Shown here: positions 37,811 to 51,895 of the stretch, piece after piece | Position numbering within the stretch: the stretch's first letter is position 1 | How the letters are laid out: every line of letters starts with the position of its first letter | Source: the human T2T-CHM13v2.0 reference genome, Homo sapiens | Direction: 5' to 3' (one strand) | NCBI RefSeq assembly: GCF_009914755.1 | Contig: NC_060925.1 | Length of the DNA: 64,000 nucleotides | Notes under the pieces: model-generated | The model's database searches: none | The model's input: only the letters and a program-made list of their open reading frames with translations | What the model was told of the DNA's origin: nothing | Made by a program: the position numbers and the translations under genes

Positions 37811-40800
37811 GGAAGAAGCAGAGCAAGATGGTGGAATAGAAGGCTCCACTGAATGTCCCCTTGCAAGGACGCCAATTTAGCAACTATCTACATACAAACA
37901 CACAAAAATACCTTCACTAAGAACCAAAAAATCAGGTGAGCACACATAGTACTTGGTTTTAACTTTATATCACTGAAAAAGGCATTGAAGAAATAGACAA
38001 AACAGTCCTGAATCACCAACACAACCCCTCCCCTGGCCCTGGCAGTACCAGAAGCCTGGTATGGAGAGCATCTCTGGGTGTTGGGAGAAGGGAACACAGC
38101 CACTGTGAGGCACTGCACTCAGTGCTGTCCTATTATAGCAAAAAGAAAAACAAGACCAAACTCCACTGACACCTGTCCACAGAGGGAACATTTAAACCAG
38201 CCCTAGCCAGAGTGGAATCGCAGATCCCAGCAGTCAGAACTTGAGTTCTTGCAAACCTCACCTCCAAGGGCAACAGTGCCCTGTGTCTCTAAGTAAACTT
38301 GAAAGGCAGTCTATGCCACAAGGACTGCAGCTCTTATGAATCCTAGTACTGAACTAGGCCTAGAGACAGTGGGTGGCTTGGTGGGCTGGGGAACACGACC
38401 TACTGATATACCAGCTGGAGTGGATAAGGGAGTAGTGGAATCATCCCTCCTCTAACCCCAGGCTGCACAGCTCACAGCTCCAAAAGACACCCCTTCCTTC
38501 CATTTGAGGAGAAGAGAAGGAAGAGTGGGGATGACTGTGTCTTGCCTCTTGGATACCAGTTCAGCCACAGCAGGATAGGGCACCATTCAGTGTCATGGGG
38601 CCCCCATTCCAGGCCCTAGCTACCAGATGATATTTCTAGACACACTCTGGGCCACAGTGGAACCCGCTGCCTTGAAGGAAAGAACCCCCACCTGGTGGCA
38701 TTCATCACCTGCTAGATGAGGAGCCCCTGGGCCCTGAATAACCAGCAGTGATACCCAAGTACTACATCAAGGGCCTTGGGTGAGCCTCCGAAGCTTGCTG
38801 GCTTCAGGGGAGACTAAGTATATTACCAGCTGTGGCAAGTATGGGACAAAACTCCTTCTGCTTGAGAAAAGTAGAGGGAAAAGTAAAGGGGACTTTGTCT
38901 TGCTTCTTGGGTACCAGGGTACCAGCATGGCCACAGGAGGATAGAGCATTAAGTGGGCTCCTGGGGTCCCCAGTTCCAAAACTTGACTCTTAGATGGCAT
39001 TTCTCATTCTGCCCTGAGCCAGAGGAGGTTCCCTGAAGGGTGAGTCCCAGATCAGGCGGCATTCACCACAGGCTGACTTAAGAGCCCTTAGGACTTAAGG
39101 GAACATCAGAAGTAGTCTGGCAGTACTCTTTGTGGCCTGTGGTGGTGGTGGTGGCTATGGGGTGAGCCTTCTTTGCCTTTGTAAAGGGGAGGAAGAAGTG
39201 GGAAGGACTGCATTTTGTGGATTAAGTGCCAGCTCAGCTGCAGTGTAATAGAATACCAGGTAGGCTTCTAAGGTTTTAGGCTGCAGTTCCTGACTCCCAG
39301 ACAATACTTCTGGACCCACCTAGGGCCCAGGGGGACCTCACTGTCCTGAAAGGAAGGACACAGGCCTGACTGGCCTTGCCACCTGCTGATTGTAGTGCCC
39401 AGGGCCTTGAGTGAACATAGACAGTAGCCAGGGAGTGGGTGCAGCAGGCCTTGGGCGAGACCCACTGTTATGCTGACTTCAGGTCTCATCCAGCACATAG
39501 TGATGGTGGCCACAGGGGTGCTGTGTCACTCCATCTCCAGCTTTTGATGCCTCAGAACAGAAAGGGAGACTCCATTTGTTTGAGAGAAAGGGAAGAGAAC
39601 AAGAATCTCTGCCTGGTAAAGAGAATTCTCCCAGAGCTTGTCCAAGACCATACAGGCAGTACCTCTAAGAGTCTGCAAGAACCACGGTGTTACTGGACTT
39701 GGGGTGCCTCTTAAAGCAAATACACTTAGATCACAACACTCAAGTCCTTTCAAATATCTGGAAAGTCTTCCCAAGAAGGATGGGTAAAAACAAGCTCAGA
39801 TAGTGAAGAATACAATAAATACCTAACTCTTCAATGCCTAGGCACCAAAGAACATCTCCTAGCATCAAAACCATCCAGGAAAACATGACCTCACCAAATG
39901 AACAAAATAAGGGCACCAGAGACCAGTCCTGGAGAAACAGAGTTGTGTGACTTTTCAGACAGAACAGTTATGTTAAGGAAATTCAAAGAAACTCAAGAAA
40001 TCACAGAGAAGGAATTCAGAATTCTATCAGACAAATTTCACAAAGAGATTGAAGTAAATAAAAATAATCAAGAAGAAATTCGGGACTGGAAAATGCAATT
40101 GGCATATGAAGAATGCATCACAGTCTTTTAACAGCAGGATTGATCAAGCAGAAGAAAGAATTCATGAACTTGAATACAGGCTCTTTGAAAATACACAGTC
40201 AGAGGAGACAAAAGAAAAAAATAATAAACAATGAAGAATACCAGCAGGATCTAGAAAATAGCTTCAAAAGGACAAATCTAAGAATTATTGGACTTAAAGA
40301 GTAGGTAGAGAAAGAGATGGAGTGGAAAGCTTATTCAAAGGAATAATAACAGAGAACTTCCCAAACCTAGAGAAAGATGTCAATACTCAAATACAAGAAG
40401 GTTATACAACACCAAGACTTTAGCCCAAAGAAGACTGACTCAAGGGACTTAATAATCAAACTCCCAAAGGTCAAGGATAAAGAAAAGATCCTGAAGGAAA
40501 TGAGAGAATATAAATAAATAACATACAATGGAGCAACAGACTTTTCAGTGAAAACCTTAAGGTCAAGAGAGAGTGGTATGACTTACTTAAACTGCTGAAG
40601 GAAAAAACAAAAACTTTTACCCTAGAATAGTATATCTAGCAGAAATATCCCTCAAACATAAAGAAGAAATAAAGACTTACCCAGACAAAAGCTGAGGGAT
40701 TTCATCAATATCAGACCTGTCCTACAAGAAATCCTTAAGTGAGTTGTTCAATCAGAAAGAAAACAAAATTAATGAGCAATAATAAATCACCTCAAGGTAC

Positions 40801-43800
40801 AAAACTCACTGGTAATAGTAAGTACATAGAAAAACACAGAATATTATAACATGATAACTGTTGTGTGTAAACTACTCTTATCCTAAGTATAAAGACTAAA
40901 TGATGAATCCATCAAAAATAAAAACAACTTTTCAAGACATAGGCAGTACAATAAGATATGAATTAAAAAAACAATTAAAAAGCAGGGACACTAAGTTAGA
41001 GTTTGTTTTCCTTTTGCTTGTTTTGTTATGAAAACAGTGTTAAATTATTATCATGTTAAGATAATGAGTTATAAGATAGTATTTGCAAGCCTCATGGTAA
41101 CCTCAAACCAAAAAACATACAATGGATACACAAAAAATAAAAAGCAAGAAGCTAAATTATATCCTCAGAGAAAAATCACCTTCACTAAGGGAAGATAAGA
41201 GGGAAGAGAAGATCACAAAATAAGCAGAAAACAAATAGCAAAATGGCAAGAGTAAGACTTTACTCATGAATAACAACATTAAATGTAAATGAACTAAACT
41301 CTCCAATCAAAAGACACACAGTGGCTGAATAGATGACAAAACAAGATCCACTGACCTGTTGCCTACAAGAAACACACTTCACCTATAAAGATACATGTAG
41401 ATAGATTGAATATAAAAAGATGCTAAAAGATATTCTAAGCCAATGGAAACCAAAAAAGAGCAGGAGTCACTATACTTGTATCAGACAAAATAGACTTCAA
41501 GACTAAAACTTTAAGAAGAGATAAAAAAAAGTCCACAATATAATGATGAAGGGATAAATTCAGCAGGAGGATATAACATTTTAAATATATATGCACCCAA
41601 CACTGAAGCACCCAGATACATAAAGCAAATATCATTAGCGCTAAAGAGAGAGATAGGTCCCAATATGATAAGAGCTGGATACTTCAACAACCCACTTTCA
41701 ACATTGGACAGATCTTTCCGACAGAAAATCAACAAAAAAAATCAGGCTTAATCTGTGCTATTGGCCACATAAATCTAATAGACATTTAAAGACATTTCAA
41801 CCAACAGCTGCAGAATACACATTCTTTTCCTCAGCATATGGATCATTCCAAGAATGATCAGTCTCAAGAAGAGACCATGTGTTAGGTCACAAAACAAGTC
41901 TTAAGACATTCAATAATATTGAAATAACATCAAGCATTTTCTCTGAACACAATGGAATAAAACTAAAAATTAAAAACAAGGGGAATTTTGGAAACTATGC
42001 CAATACATAGAAATTAAACAATATGCTCCTGAATGACCAGTGGATCAATGAAGAAATTAAGAAGAAAGTTGAAAAATTTCTTGAAAAAAATAATAATAGA
42101 AACACAACATACCAAAACCTATGGAATACAGCAAAAGCAATACTAAAAGGGAAGTTCATAGCTATTAAGTGCCTACATCAAAATAAAAAAAGAAAAAACA
42201 TCAAATAAACAATCTAAGGATGCATCTTAAGAAAAAAGCAAGAGCAAACCAAACTCAAAACTAGTAGAAGAAAAGAAACAATAAAGGTCAGAGCAGAAAT
42301 AGAGTTGAAATTTAAAAAGTACAAAAGATCAACAAAGCAAAACAAAGTTAAACAAGAAAAAGAGTTTAGCCAGACTAAGAAAAAGAGAGAAAATACAAAT
42401 AAAATCAGAAATGAGAAAGGAAACATTACAAATGATACTGCAGAAATGCAAAGGATCATTAATGGCTACTAGGAACAAGTATATGCCAATGAATTGGAAA
42501 ATCTAGAGGAAATGCACAAATTACTACATGCATACAATCTGCCTGGATTGAACCATGAAGAAATCCAAAATATGAATAGACCAATAACAAGTAACTAGAT
42601 TGAAGCCATAATAAAAAGTCTTCCGCTAACAAAAGCCCAGGACCTGACAGCTTTACTACTGAATTTTACCAAACATTTAAAGAGAAATTAATCCAATTCT
42701 ACTCAAACTATTCCAAAAAATAGAGGAGGACAGAATACTTCTAAACTCATTCTACAAGTATGGTGTAATCCTGAAACCAAAACCAGACAAAGAAACATCA
42801 AAAAAAGAAAACTACAGGCCAGTATCTCTGATAAATATTAATGCAAGAATCCTTAACAAAATACTAACAAACTGAATTCAACAATACATTAGAAAGATCA
42901 TTCATCATGACCAAGTGGGATTTATCCCTGGGATATAAGTATGGTTCAACATATGTGAATCGATCAATGTGATTCATTATATCAACAGAATGAAGTATGA
43001 AAACAATGTGAGCATTTCAATTGATGCTGTAAAAGCATTTGATAAAATTCAACGTTTCCTCATTATTTAAAACCCTCAAAAAACTGGGTATAGTAGGAAC
43101 ATAGCTCAACATAATAAAAGCCATATATGACAGACCCCCAGCTAGCATCATACTGAATGGGGAAAACTGGAAAGACTTTTCTCTAAGATATGGAACATGA
43201 CAATGATGCCCACGTTTATCACTGTTATGCAACATAGTACTGGAAGTCCTAGCTAAAGTAACCAGACAAGAGAAAGATATAAAGTGCATCCAAATTGGGA
43301 AAGAAGACAAATTTCTCTTGTTACAGATGATATAGTCTTATATTTGAAAAAAATCTAATGACTCCACAAATAAACAAACAGATAAATTGTTTAGTTGCAG
43401 GATACAAAATTAACACAAAAAAATTAATACTATTTATATACACCAAAAGTGAACATTCTGAAAAAGAAATAAAAAATGTAAGCCCATTTACAATAGCCAA
43501 GCATAAAATTAAATACCTAGGAATTAACTTAATTAAATAAATAAAACATCTCTATAATGACAATTATAAAACATTGATGAAATAAATTGCAGAGGACATC
43601 ACAAAATGGAAAAATATTTCATGTTCGTGGATTGGAAGAATTAATATTGTTAAAACGTCCATACTAGGCAAAGCAATCTATAGATTAAATGCAATCCCTA
43701 TCAAAATGCCAATGGCATTCTTCACAGAAATAGAAAAACAATCCAAAAGTTTATATGGAACCATAAAATACCCAGAATAGCCAAAGCTATCCTAAGAAAA

Positions 43801-45808
43801 AAGAACAAAGCTGGAGAAGGCACATTATCTGACTTCAAATTATACCACAGAGCTATAATAGCCAAAACAGCATGGTGTTGGCATGAAAACAGACACATAG
43901 ACCAATAGAACAGAATAGAGAAACCAGAAACAAATCCACACACCTACAGAGAATTCATTTTTGACAAAGGTACCTAGAACATACACTGTGGAAAAGACAG
44001 TCTCTTCAATAAATGGTGCTGGGAAAATGAGATATCCATATACAGAAGAATATAACTAGACCCCTAACTCTCATCATATACAAAAATCAAATCAAAATGG
44101 ATTAAAGATTTAAATATAAGGCCTCAAACTACGAAACTACTACAAGAAGATATTGGGGAAAAATTTCCAGGATATTGTTCTGGGCAAAAATTTCTTGAGA
44201 AATACCCCATAAGCACAGGCAACTAAAGCAAAAAAATGGATAAATGAGATTGCATCAAGTTTAAAAGCTTCTGCACAGCAAAGCATACAATCAACAAAGT
44301 GAAGAGACAATCCACAGAATGAAAGAAAATACCTGCAAACTACCCATCTGTATTAGCCTGTTTTCATGCTGATGATAAAGACATACTCAAGACTGGGTAA
44401 TTTATAAAGAAAAAGAGGCTTAATGGACTCACAGTTCCATGTGGCTGGGGAGGCCTCACAATGCTGGTGGATGGTGAAAAGTGTGTCTTACATGGTGGCA
44501 GATAAGAGAGAATGAGAACTAAAAGAAAGGGGTTTCCCCTTATAAAACCATCAGATCTCGTGAGACTTATTCACTACCATGAGAACAATACAGGGAAAAC
44601 TGCCTCCACGATTCAGTTATCTCCCACTGGGTCCCTCCCACAACACGTGGGAATTATGAGAGCTACGATTCAAGATGAGATTTGGGTGGGGACACAACCA
44701 AACCTTATTACCATCTGACAAAGGATTAATAATCAGAATATATAAGGAGCTCAAACAATTCTATAGGAAAAAAATTCAATAATCTGATCACAAATGGGCA
44801 AAAGATTTGAACAGGTATTTCTCAAAGAAGACATACAAATGGCAAACAGACATATGAAAATGTGCTCAACATCACTGATCATCAGAGAAATGCAAATCAA
44901 AACTAAAATTAGGTATCATCTCACCCCAGTTAAAATAACTTATATTCAAAAGATAGGAGTAACAAATGCCAGTGAGGATGTGGAGAAAAGGGAATCCTCA
45001 TACACTGTTGGTGGGAATGTAAATGAGTACAGTTACTAGGGAGAACACTTTAAATGGTCCCCAGAAAGCAATCCCACTGCTGGGTATATATCCAAAAGAA
45101 AGGAAATTAGTGTATCAAAAATATATCTGTACTCCCATGCTTGTAGCAGTACTGTTCATAATAGCTAATATTTTGACCCAACCTAAGTGTCCATCAACAG
45201 ATAATTGGATAAAGAAAATATACATATACACAATGGAGTACACTCAGCCATAAAAAATGACAAGATCATATCAATTCCAACAACATGGATGGAACTAGAG
45301 ATTATTATGTTAAGTGAAATAAGCCTAGCACAGAAAGACAAACATTGCATATTCTCATGTATTTATGGGATCTAAAAATCAAAACAATTAAACTCATAGA
45401 CACAGAGGATAGAAGGATGGTTACCAGAGACTGGGAAGGGTGTGGGATCTAAAAATCAAAACAATTAAACTCATAGACACAAAGATAGAAGGATGCTTAC
45501 AGAGGCTGGGAAGGGTAGTGAAGGGGAGGTGGGGATGGTTAATAATTCTAAAAAATCAAAAGATGAATAAGACCTATTTGATAGCACAACAGAATGAATA
45601 TAGTCAATAATAACAACTGTACATTTTAAAATAACTAGAAGAGTGTAACTGGATTGTTTGTAATACAAAGGACAAATGACAGGATAAATATGCCATTCTT
45701 CACAATATGATTATTATGCATTGCATGCCTATTTCAAAACATCTCATGTACCACCATAAATATATACACCTACTATGTACCCACAAAAATTAAAAATTAA
45801 ACAAGTTA
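37811..45808 (+). mobile_element. Full-length decayed L1MA1/L1MA2-type LINE-1 (~8 kb including a THE1 insert)
   Basis: 5' GAGCAAGATGG, ~2-kb 5'UTR, ORF1 remnants (~39800-40770), ORF2 remnants (~41240-45370), 3' TATGTACCCACAAAAATTAAAAA; TSD AAAAGAAACATTGTG (37796-37810) / AAAAGAAACTTTCTG (45809-45823) at TTT/AAAA. Confidence 0.92.
44349..44710 (-). mobile_element. THE1B/C solo LTR nested in L1MA ORF2
   Basis: TGTATTAGCCTGTTTTCATGCTGATGATAAAGACATAC...; perfect TSD CCATC at 44344-44348 and 44711-44715. Confidence 0.93.
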
Positions 45809-45999
45809 AAAAGAAACTTTCTGAAGCCAGGGAAGAGCCAATTAAAAAAACAATAAACAATAAATACAAAAATAGGAATAGTTCCCATGAGGCAGAGAGG
45901 AAAAACCTCCTAATACATGGGTCACCGGTACACCCGTCAGAAACCATCTCTTTAGAAGTAGGGATTATATCAGTAATAAATGAGGGTCCAGGCCCATTC

Positions 46000-46640
46000 A
46001 TATAAAGCTTTAAACCCTCATCAAACTAGGACTGAAGGTGAACTTTATCAACCTGATACAGGGAATCTATGAAAAACCTACATTTGTCATAATACTTTAT
46101 GGTGAAAGGCTAAATGCTGTCCTGTTAACATCAGAAACAAAGTAAGGATAGTCTCTGCCACCATTCTATTAATGTTGTACTAGCCAGTGCTATAACAACA
46201 AAAAAAAAATAATATACATAAGGATTAGAAAAAAGATTATCTTTATTCATAGATGACATAATTATATATTCAAAATATTATTTAAAATCTACCAAAAAGG
46301 ATACTAGAACTAATTATGTGAAAGTGTTAAGTTTGCAAGGTAAAGTACAAAATCTACTGTTTCTGTAAGCAATAAACAATTGATAATTACAATAAAATAA
46401 TATTTAAAATATCATAAATAATGAAATTCTTAGGAATAAATTTAACAAAAAAAAGACCAAGATGCTGAATATTAAACAATATTTTTATGACAAATTAAAC
46501 TAAAATATATACTATGCTTATTAACTGGAAGATTCATTATTGTTAAAAAGCTCTTCCTAAAGTGATCTATAGATTTAAGTCCTTCTCAATCAAAATCCAA
46601 GCATGCATTTTTATAGATATTGACAAAGCTATTTTTTTAA
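46000..46640 (+). mobile_element. Old L1M ORF2 (RT region) fragment
   Basis: Degenerate GGAATCTATGAAAAACCTACA and TTTATTCATAGATGACATAATT (LFxDD motif region). Confidence 0.6.
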
Positions 46641-47043
46641 TCTTCAAAATTAACCAAATGTCCCAATTTTTATTTCAATTGTAATTTGAAGACTTTAGAA
46701 ATAATTATTTTTTTTCATAGATACAGTATCATTGAGTAGAAAAACTGGAAGGTGAAGATAAAAAACATTATGTATTGTTGACTAATTATTTGAACTTAGA
46801 TAATTTAGTTTACCCCCAGGTCTTCAATTTTCTTATCTATTGAATACCTACCCTCTATATCCCACAGCTATTTGCAGTGATCAAATGAGAATAAAATTTG
46901 ATCACTGAAAATCAAAGATTTTAAACTCTAATTCTTGCAATTGCTAGACAAGTATCATAAATGTTTGAAGTAGGCAGAATACAAACTGCAGAGAGTTGGC
47001 ACATCATCTGAAGGGGGACAAAATGTGACAGCTACTACCCAGC

Positions 47044-49513
47044 TGTATTAGTTCATTCTCACACTGCTATAAAGAACTACCTGAGTCTGGATAATTTATA
47101 AAGGAAAGAGGTTTAACTGACTCACAGATCTGCAGGCTATACAGGAAGCATCGCTTGGGAGGCCTCGGGAAACTGACAATCATGGTGGAAGGTGAAGGGG
47201 AAGAAGGCACATCTTAACCACAGTGACTCAGGTGAGAGACAGCAAAGGGGAAAGTGCTACACACTTTTAAACAACCAGATCTCATAAGAACTCACTATCT
47301 CACTATCATGAGAACAGCAAGGAGGAAATCCATCCTCATGACCCAATCACCTCCCACCAGGCTCCTTCTCAACATTGGGAATTACAATTTGACATGAGAT
47401 TTGAGTGAGGACCCAGAGTCAAATCATATTATTCTACCCCCGGTCCCTCCTGAATCTCATTTTCTTCTCACATTTCAAAATACAATTATGCCTTCCCAAC
47501 AGTCCCTCAAAATCTTAACTCATTATAGCATTAGCTCAAAAGTCCAAATCCAAAGTCTCATCTGAGACAAGGAAAGTCCCTTCTGCCTATGAGCCTATAA
47601 AATCAAAATAACTTAGTTATTTTCAAGATACAATGGGGGTACAGGCATTGGGTAAGTGCTCCCATTCCAAATGGGAGAAATTGGCCAAGACAAAGGGACT
47701 ACAGGTCCCACTCAATTCTAAAACCTAGTAGGGCAGTCAATAAATCTTAAAGCTCCAAAACAAGCTCCTTTGACTCCATGTCTCACATCCAAGTCACACT
47801 GGTGCAAAGAGTGGGTTCTCAATGCTGTGGGCACCCCCACTCCTGTGACTCTGCAGCATACAGCCCCATAGCTCTTTTCACAGGCTAGTATTGAGTGCCT
47901 TCAGCTTTTTCAGGTGCATGGTGCAAGCTGTCTGTGGAACTATTATTCTGGGGTCTGGAAGATGGTTGTCTTCTTTTCACAGCTCCACTAGGCAGTGCCC
48001 CAGTGGAACTCTGTGTGGTGGCTCCAACCCCACATTTTCCCTTCATACTGCCCAAGCAGAGGTTCTCCATGAGGGCTCCAGCCCTGCAGGAGACTTCTGT
48101 TTAGACATCCAGGTGTTTCCATACATCCTCTGAAATCTAGGTGGAGGCTCCCAAACCTCAACTCTTGCTTTCTGCACACCCACAGGCCCAACACCACTTG
48201 GAAGCTCCCAGGGCTTGGGGCTTGCACTCTTTCAGCCACATCTGGAACTGGAGTGGCTGGGATGCAGGGCACCATGTCCCAAGGCCACACAAAGCAGTGA
48301 ACACACAAAATCATTTTTCCCTCCTATATCTCTAGGTCTGTGATGGGAGGGACTGCTGTGACAGTCTCTGAAATGCCCTGGAGGCATTTGCCCCATTGTC
48401 TTGGCTATTAACATTCAGTTCTCCTTTACTTATGCAAATTTCTGCAGTCTTGAATTCCTCTCCCCAGAAAATGGGTTTTTCTTTTCTACCACATGGTCAG
48501 GCTTCAAATTTTCCAAATTTTTATGCTCTAATTCCCTTTTAAATATAAGTTCTAGTTTCAGGTCATTTCTTTTTTTGGGCAAATGAACATAGGCTTTTAG
48601 AAGCAGCAGGCTATTTCTTGAGTGCTTTGCTGCTTAGAAATTTCTTCCATCAGATACCTTAAATCATCTCTCTGAAGTTTAAAATTTCACAGATTTCTAG
48701 AGCAGGGGCACAATGCCTCTAAGCTCTTTGCTAAAGTATAGCAAGAGTGACGGACCTCTATTCTGGTTCTCAGTAAGCTTCTTACCTTCATCTGAGACCT
48801 CCTCAGCCACTTCACTGTCTGTATCACTATCAACATTTTGGTCACAACCATTCAACAAGTCTCTAGGAAGTTTTCAACTTTCCCTCATCTTCCTGTCTTC
48901 TTCTGAGCCCTCCAGACTGTTCAGACGTCTGCCTGTTACCCAGTTCCAAAGTCGCTTCCACGTTTTCAGGTATCTTTAGCAATGTCCCATGGAAATATCC
49001 CATTTCTCTGGTACCTATTTTCTGTGTTAAGTCCATTGTCACACTGCTATAAAGAACTACCCAGGACTAGGTAATATATGAAGAAAAGAAGCTTAATTGA
49101 CTCATAGTTCTACAAGCTATACAGGAAGCATGGCCAGGAGGTCTCAGGATACTTACAATCATGGTGGAAGGTGAAGGGGAAGCAAGCATGTCTTACCATG
49201 TAAAGCATGAGAGAACTTCTTTTCTATTATAACTTCTTTTAACTTTCAGACACCTATATACAACCACATCTTATTAATTGTTGTACGTAAGTTTTCTTCA
49301 ATCGTTTACTGTATTATAATCATTTAGCAAAGGGAGAAGTTACTACATGCTTTTAAGAAACCAGATCTTATGAAATCTCACTCTCAATCATGAGAACAGC
49401 AAGAGGGAAATCCACACCCACGATCCAATCACCTCCCACCCAGACCCTCCCTAACACTAGGAATTACAATTTGACATGAGATTTGGGTGGGGACACAGAG
49501 CCAAACCATATCA
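47044..49513 (-). mobile_element. Complete MSTA-like MaLR: LTR 47044-47431, internal, LTR 49023-49513
   Basis: Paired LTRs with CACACTGCTATAAAGAACTACC and GCTATACAGGAAGCAT; ~1.6 kb internal; TSD CCAGC/CCATC. Confidence 0.92.
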
Positions 49514-50982
49514 CCATCTTTGACCAAATATTGTAGTGAAAAAATTCCCTTAATGACAATGACAACCCTTTGTTGCCAGATTATCCAACTTCTTAAACTT
49601 ACTAGAAATCTGAATGTTTACATAAATATTATCTTTTCAAAAGGATGGCTATTGATTCAATATGAACAAATGTGATGTGGACCAACAAAACATATCTGCA
49701 AGCTGCATTCAGTAAGTGCGACCCAATTGTCTCTGCTGTTTTGAACATTACACAAAGATTGGGTACTGTAAACATTCATAATAATAATAGCTATGCCAAA
49801 TACACAAATAATCTAAGCAAGCACAGATATATAACTAATGAAACACTATGGGTGTTCAGAGAGAGAGCAATAGTTAATGAGTGATTCATATTTGAGCCTG
49901 GATTTGAACAGTAGATAGTATTTTAAAGAGAACTATACTAATTTCTAATTGTCAGGATGTTTCCTGATTAAGCTAAAAATATGTGACTATGACTTTCAAT
50001 TGGTTAAGTAGGTTATAAAGAAAGCAACTGCCATGGGTTGGAGTGTGTAAGCGGTCTACCCTTGCTTGAACAAATTACTTCACTGAAACCGTCACATATG
50101 CACCCCTAATTGTATTTGGCTAACTTATTTTATCAAAGGTTAGAAAAATAACTGCTATTAACCATGTTCAAGTCTTTTCTCTTTCATTCTGTTCAGTCCA
50201 GATAGTTCAAAATGCATTGTTTCAATCATTGTGCTCATATAACTTCTTTTCTATTAATTTTCAAATATCTATATACAATGCCACATTATTGATGATTGTA
50301 TGTAAGTTTTACTGAGTCATCTACAGTACTATAATCACTTAGTGAAATGATTTTCTACTTGCATTTTAGTACTAGAATGTCTTGCATATTATGTTTATAA
50401 GCTTATAAAACTTATGTTTAAACTTATTAAACATAAATGTTCAATAAGTAAATGTGATTGACCTAGCATTTATTACGACATTAAGAAAAACTGGTTAAAT
50501 AAGCAAAATATAGAAATTCATTTATTCAGATAATTAATAGGCACTTACCTTGTGTAAAACAATTGATTATAATCTGTTACTATAGCAACCTCGTCATGAA
50601 TTAAAAGGAGGAAGAGAGTCAGAGAAAGGGCTGAAGCAGAGGGAGAAAGACAGGAGTCAAGTTTTCTCCAATTTTCCAAAAAGTAAAACTTAAAAGTGTC
50701 TCTTTAGTGAGTTGTATTTTATTGTAAGCAAGTGGAATATTTGACATTAGAATATAATCTAGCATACAATTTCAGAATGGAAGCTATTATCCTTTGCCGT
50801 ATTTACCAGACTTGTTGCCTTATTGAAATGAAAACAGAATCACTGGAAGAATACCCATGAACACAGTAACAAACAGAAACTTTCTAGTTCTCCCATACAC
50901 TGCCAGAAAGTAGTCTTGATTAAATCTGAATAGTTCAAGAACTAAATTTCAACTCAAGTTAAGAGCAGTAAGTAATCAGAAT

Positions 50983-51895
50983 GATATCAGCAAGATGACC
51001 AACTAGAAGTACATGGCACTTATTCCCCCCTCACAAAAAGGAATAAAAACTAAAAATCAACACCTATATTTTGAGTAGAGAGACTGAGGAAATACATTGG
51101 AGAGCACCAGGGAAGTGGTGAAAGCCCTATAGAGCATGGAAGCCTAGCATTGCACCACAGAGAGAGGAGCAACGCACACTGCCTCTGCCACTTTGTCTCC
51201 CTGCCAGGATCAATTTGGAGTCGGGGTACTTTATCTTATGGGAAAAAGGTAAACTGAAGATGCCTAGTGGTCTTCATTGTGGCCACACACGCCGGAAGTC
51301 CTTGCGGCAGGAGAGTTCTCCAGGCCTCACAGGCCATAAATCTAGTTTGGAGAGTAGTGGGGAGTTTGTGCACCTGCCTTGCCTCAGACTAGGAGCCTAA
51401 ACTATAAAACTACTAGAAGAAAACATTGGAGGAGAACGTCAGGACATTGGTCAAGTAAGCATTTTTTAAATAAGACTCAAAAGCACTGCCAACAAAAGTA
51501 AAAATAGACAAATGGCACACCAATCTAGAAAGCTTTCGCACTGCCATACTTACAGACTGAAGAAACACCGACAGAATGGGAGAATATATTTGTAAACTGT
51601 ACATCTGACAAGGGGTTAATATCCAGAATATATAAAGAACAGCAAAAAAACAAATAACCCAACACAAAAAATGGCCAAAAGACTCTAATAGGCATGTCAC
51701 AAAATAAGACATACAAATGGCCAACAGGTACATGAAAAAAGGCTCAGCATCACTGATCACCAGGGAAATGCAAATAAAAGCCACAATGACATACTACCTC
51801 ACTCCAGTTAGAAAAATTATTATCAAGACAAAGAAAATGTTGGAGTTTACAGAGAAAAGGGAACAATTATAGATTGCTGTGGAATTGTAAATGAC
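50983..51895 (+). mobile_element. L1M 5'UTR fragment joined to an L1M late-ORF2 fragment
   Basis: CAGCAAGATGACCAACTAGAAG 5' start; from ~51396 CCTAAAACTATAAAACTACTAGAAGAAAAC (late ORF2). Confidence 0.6.
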
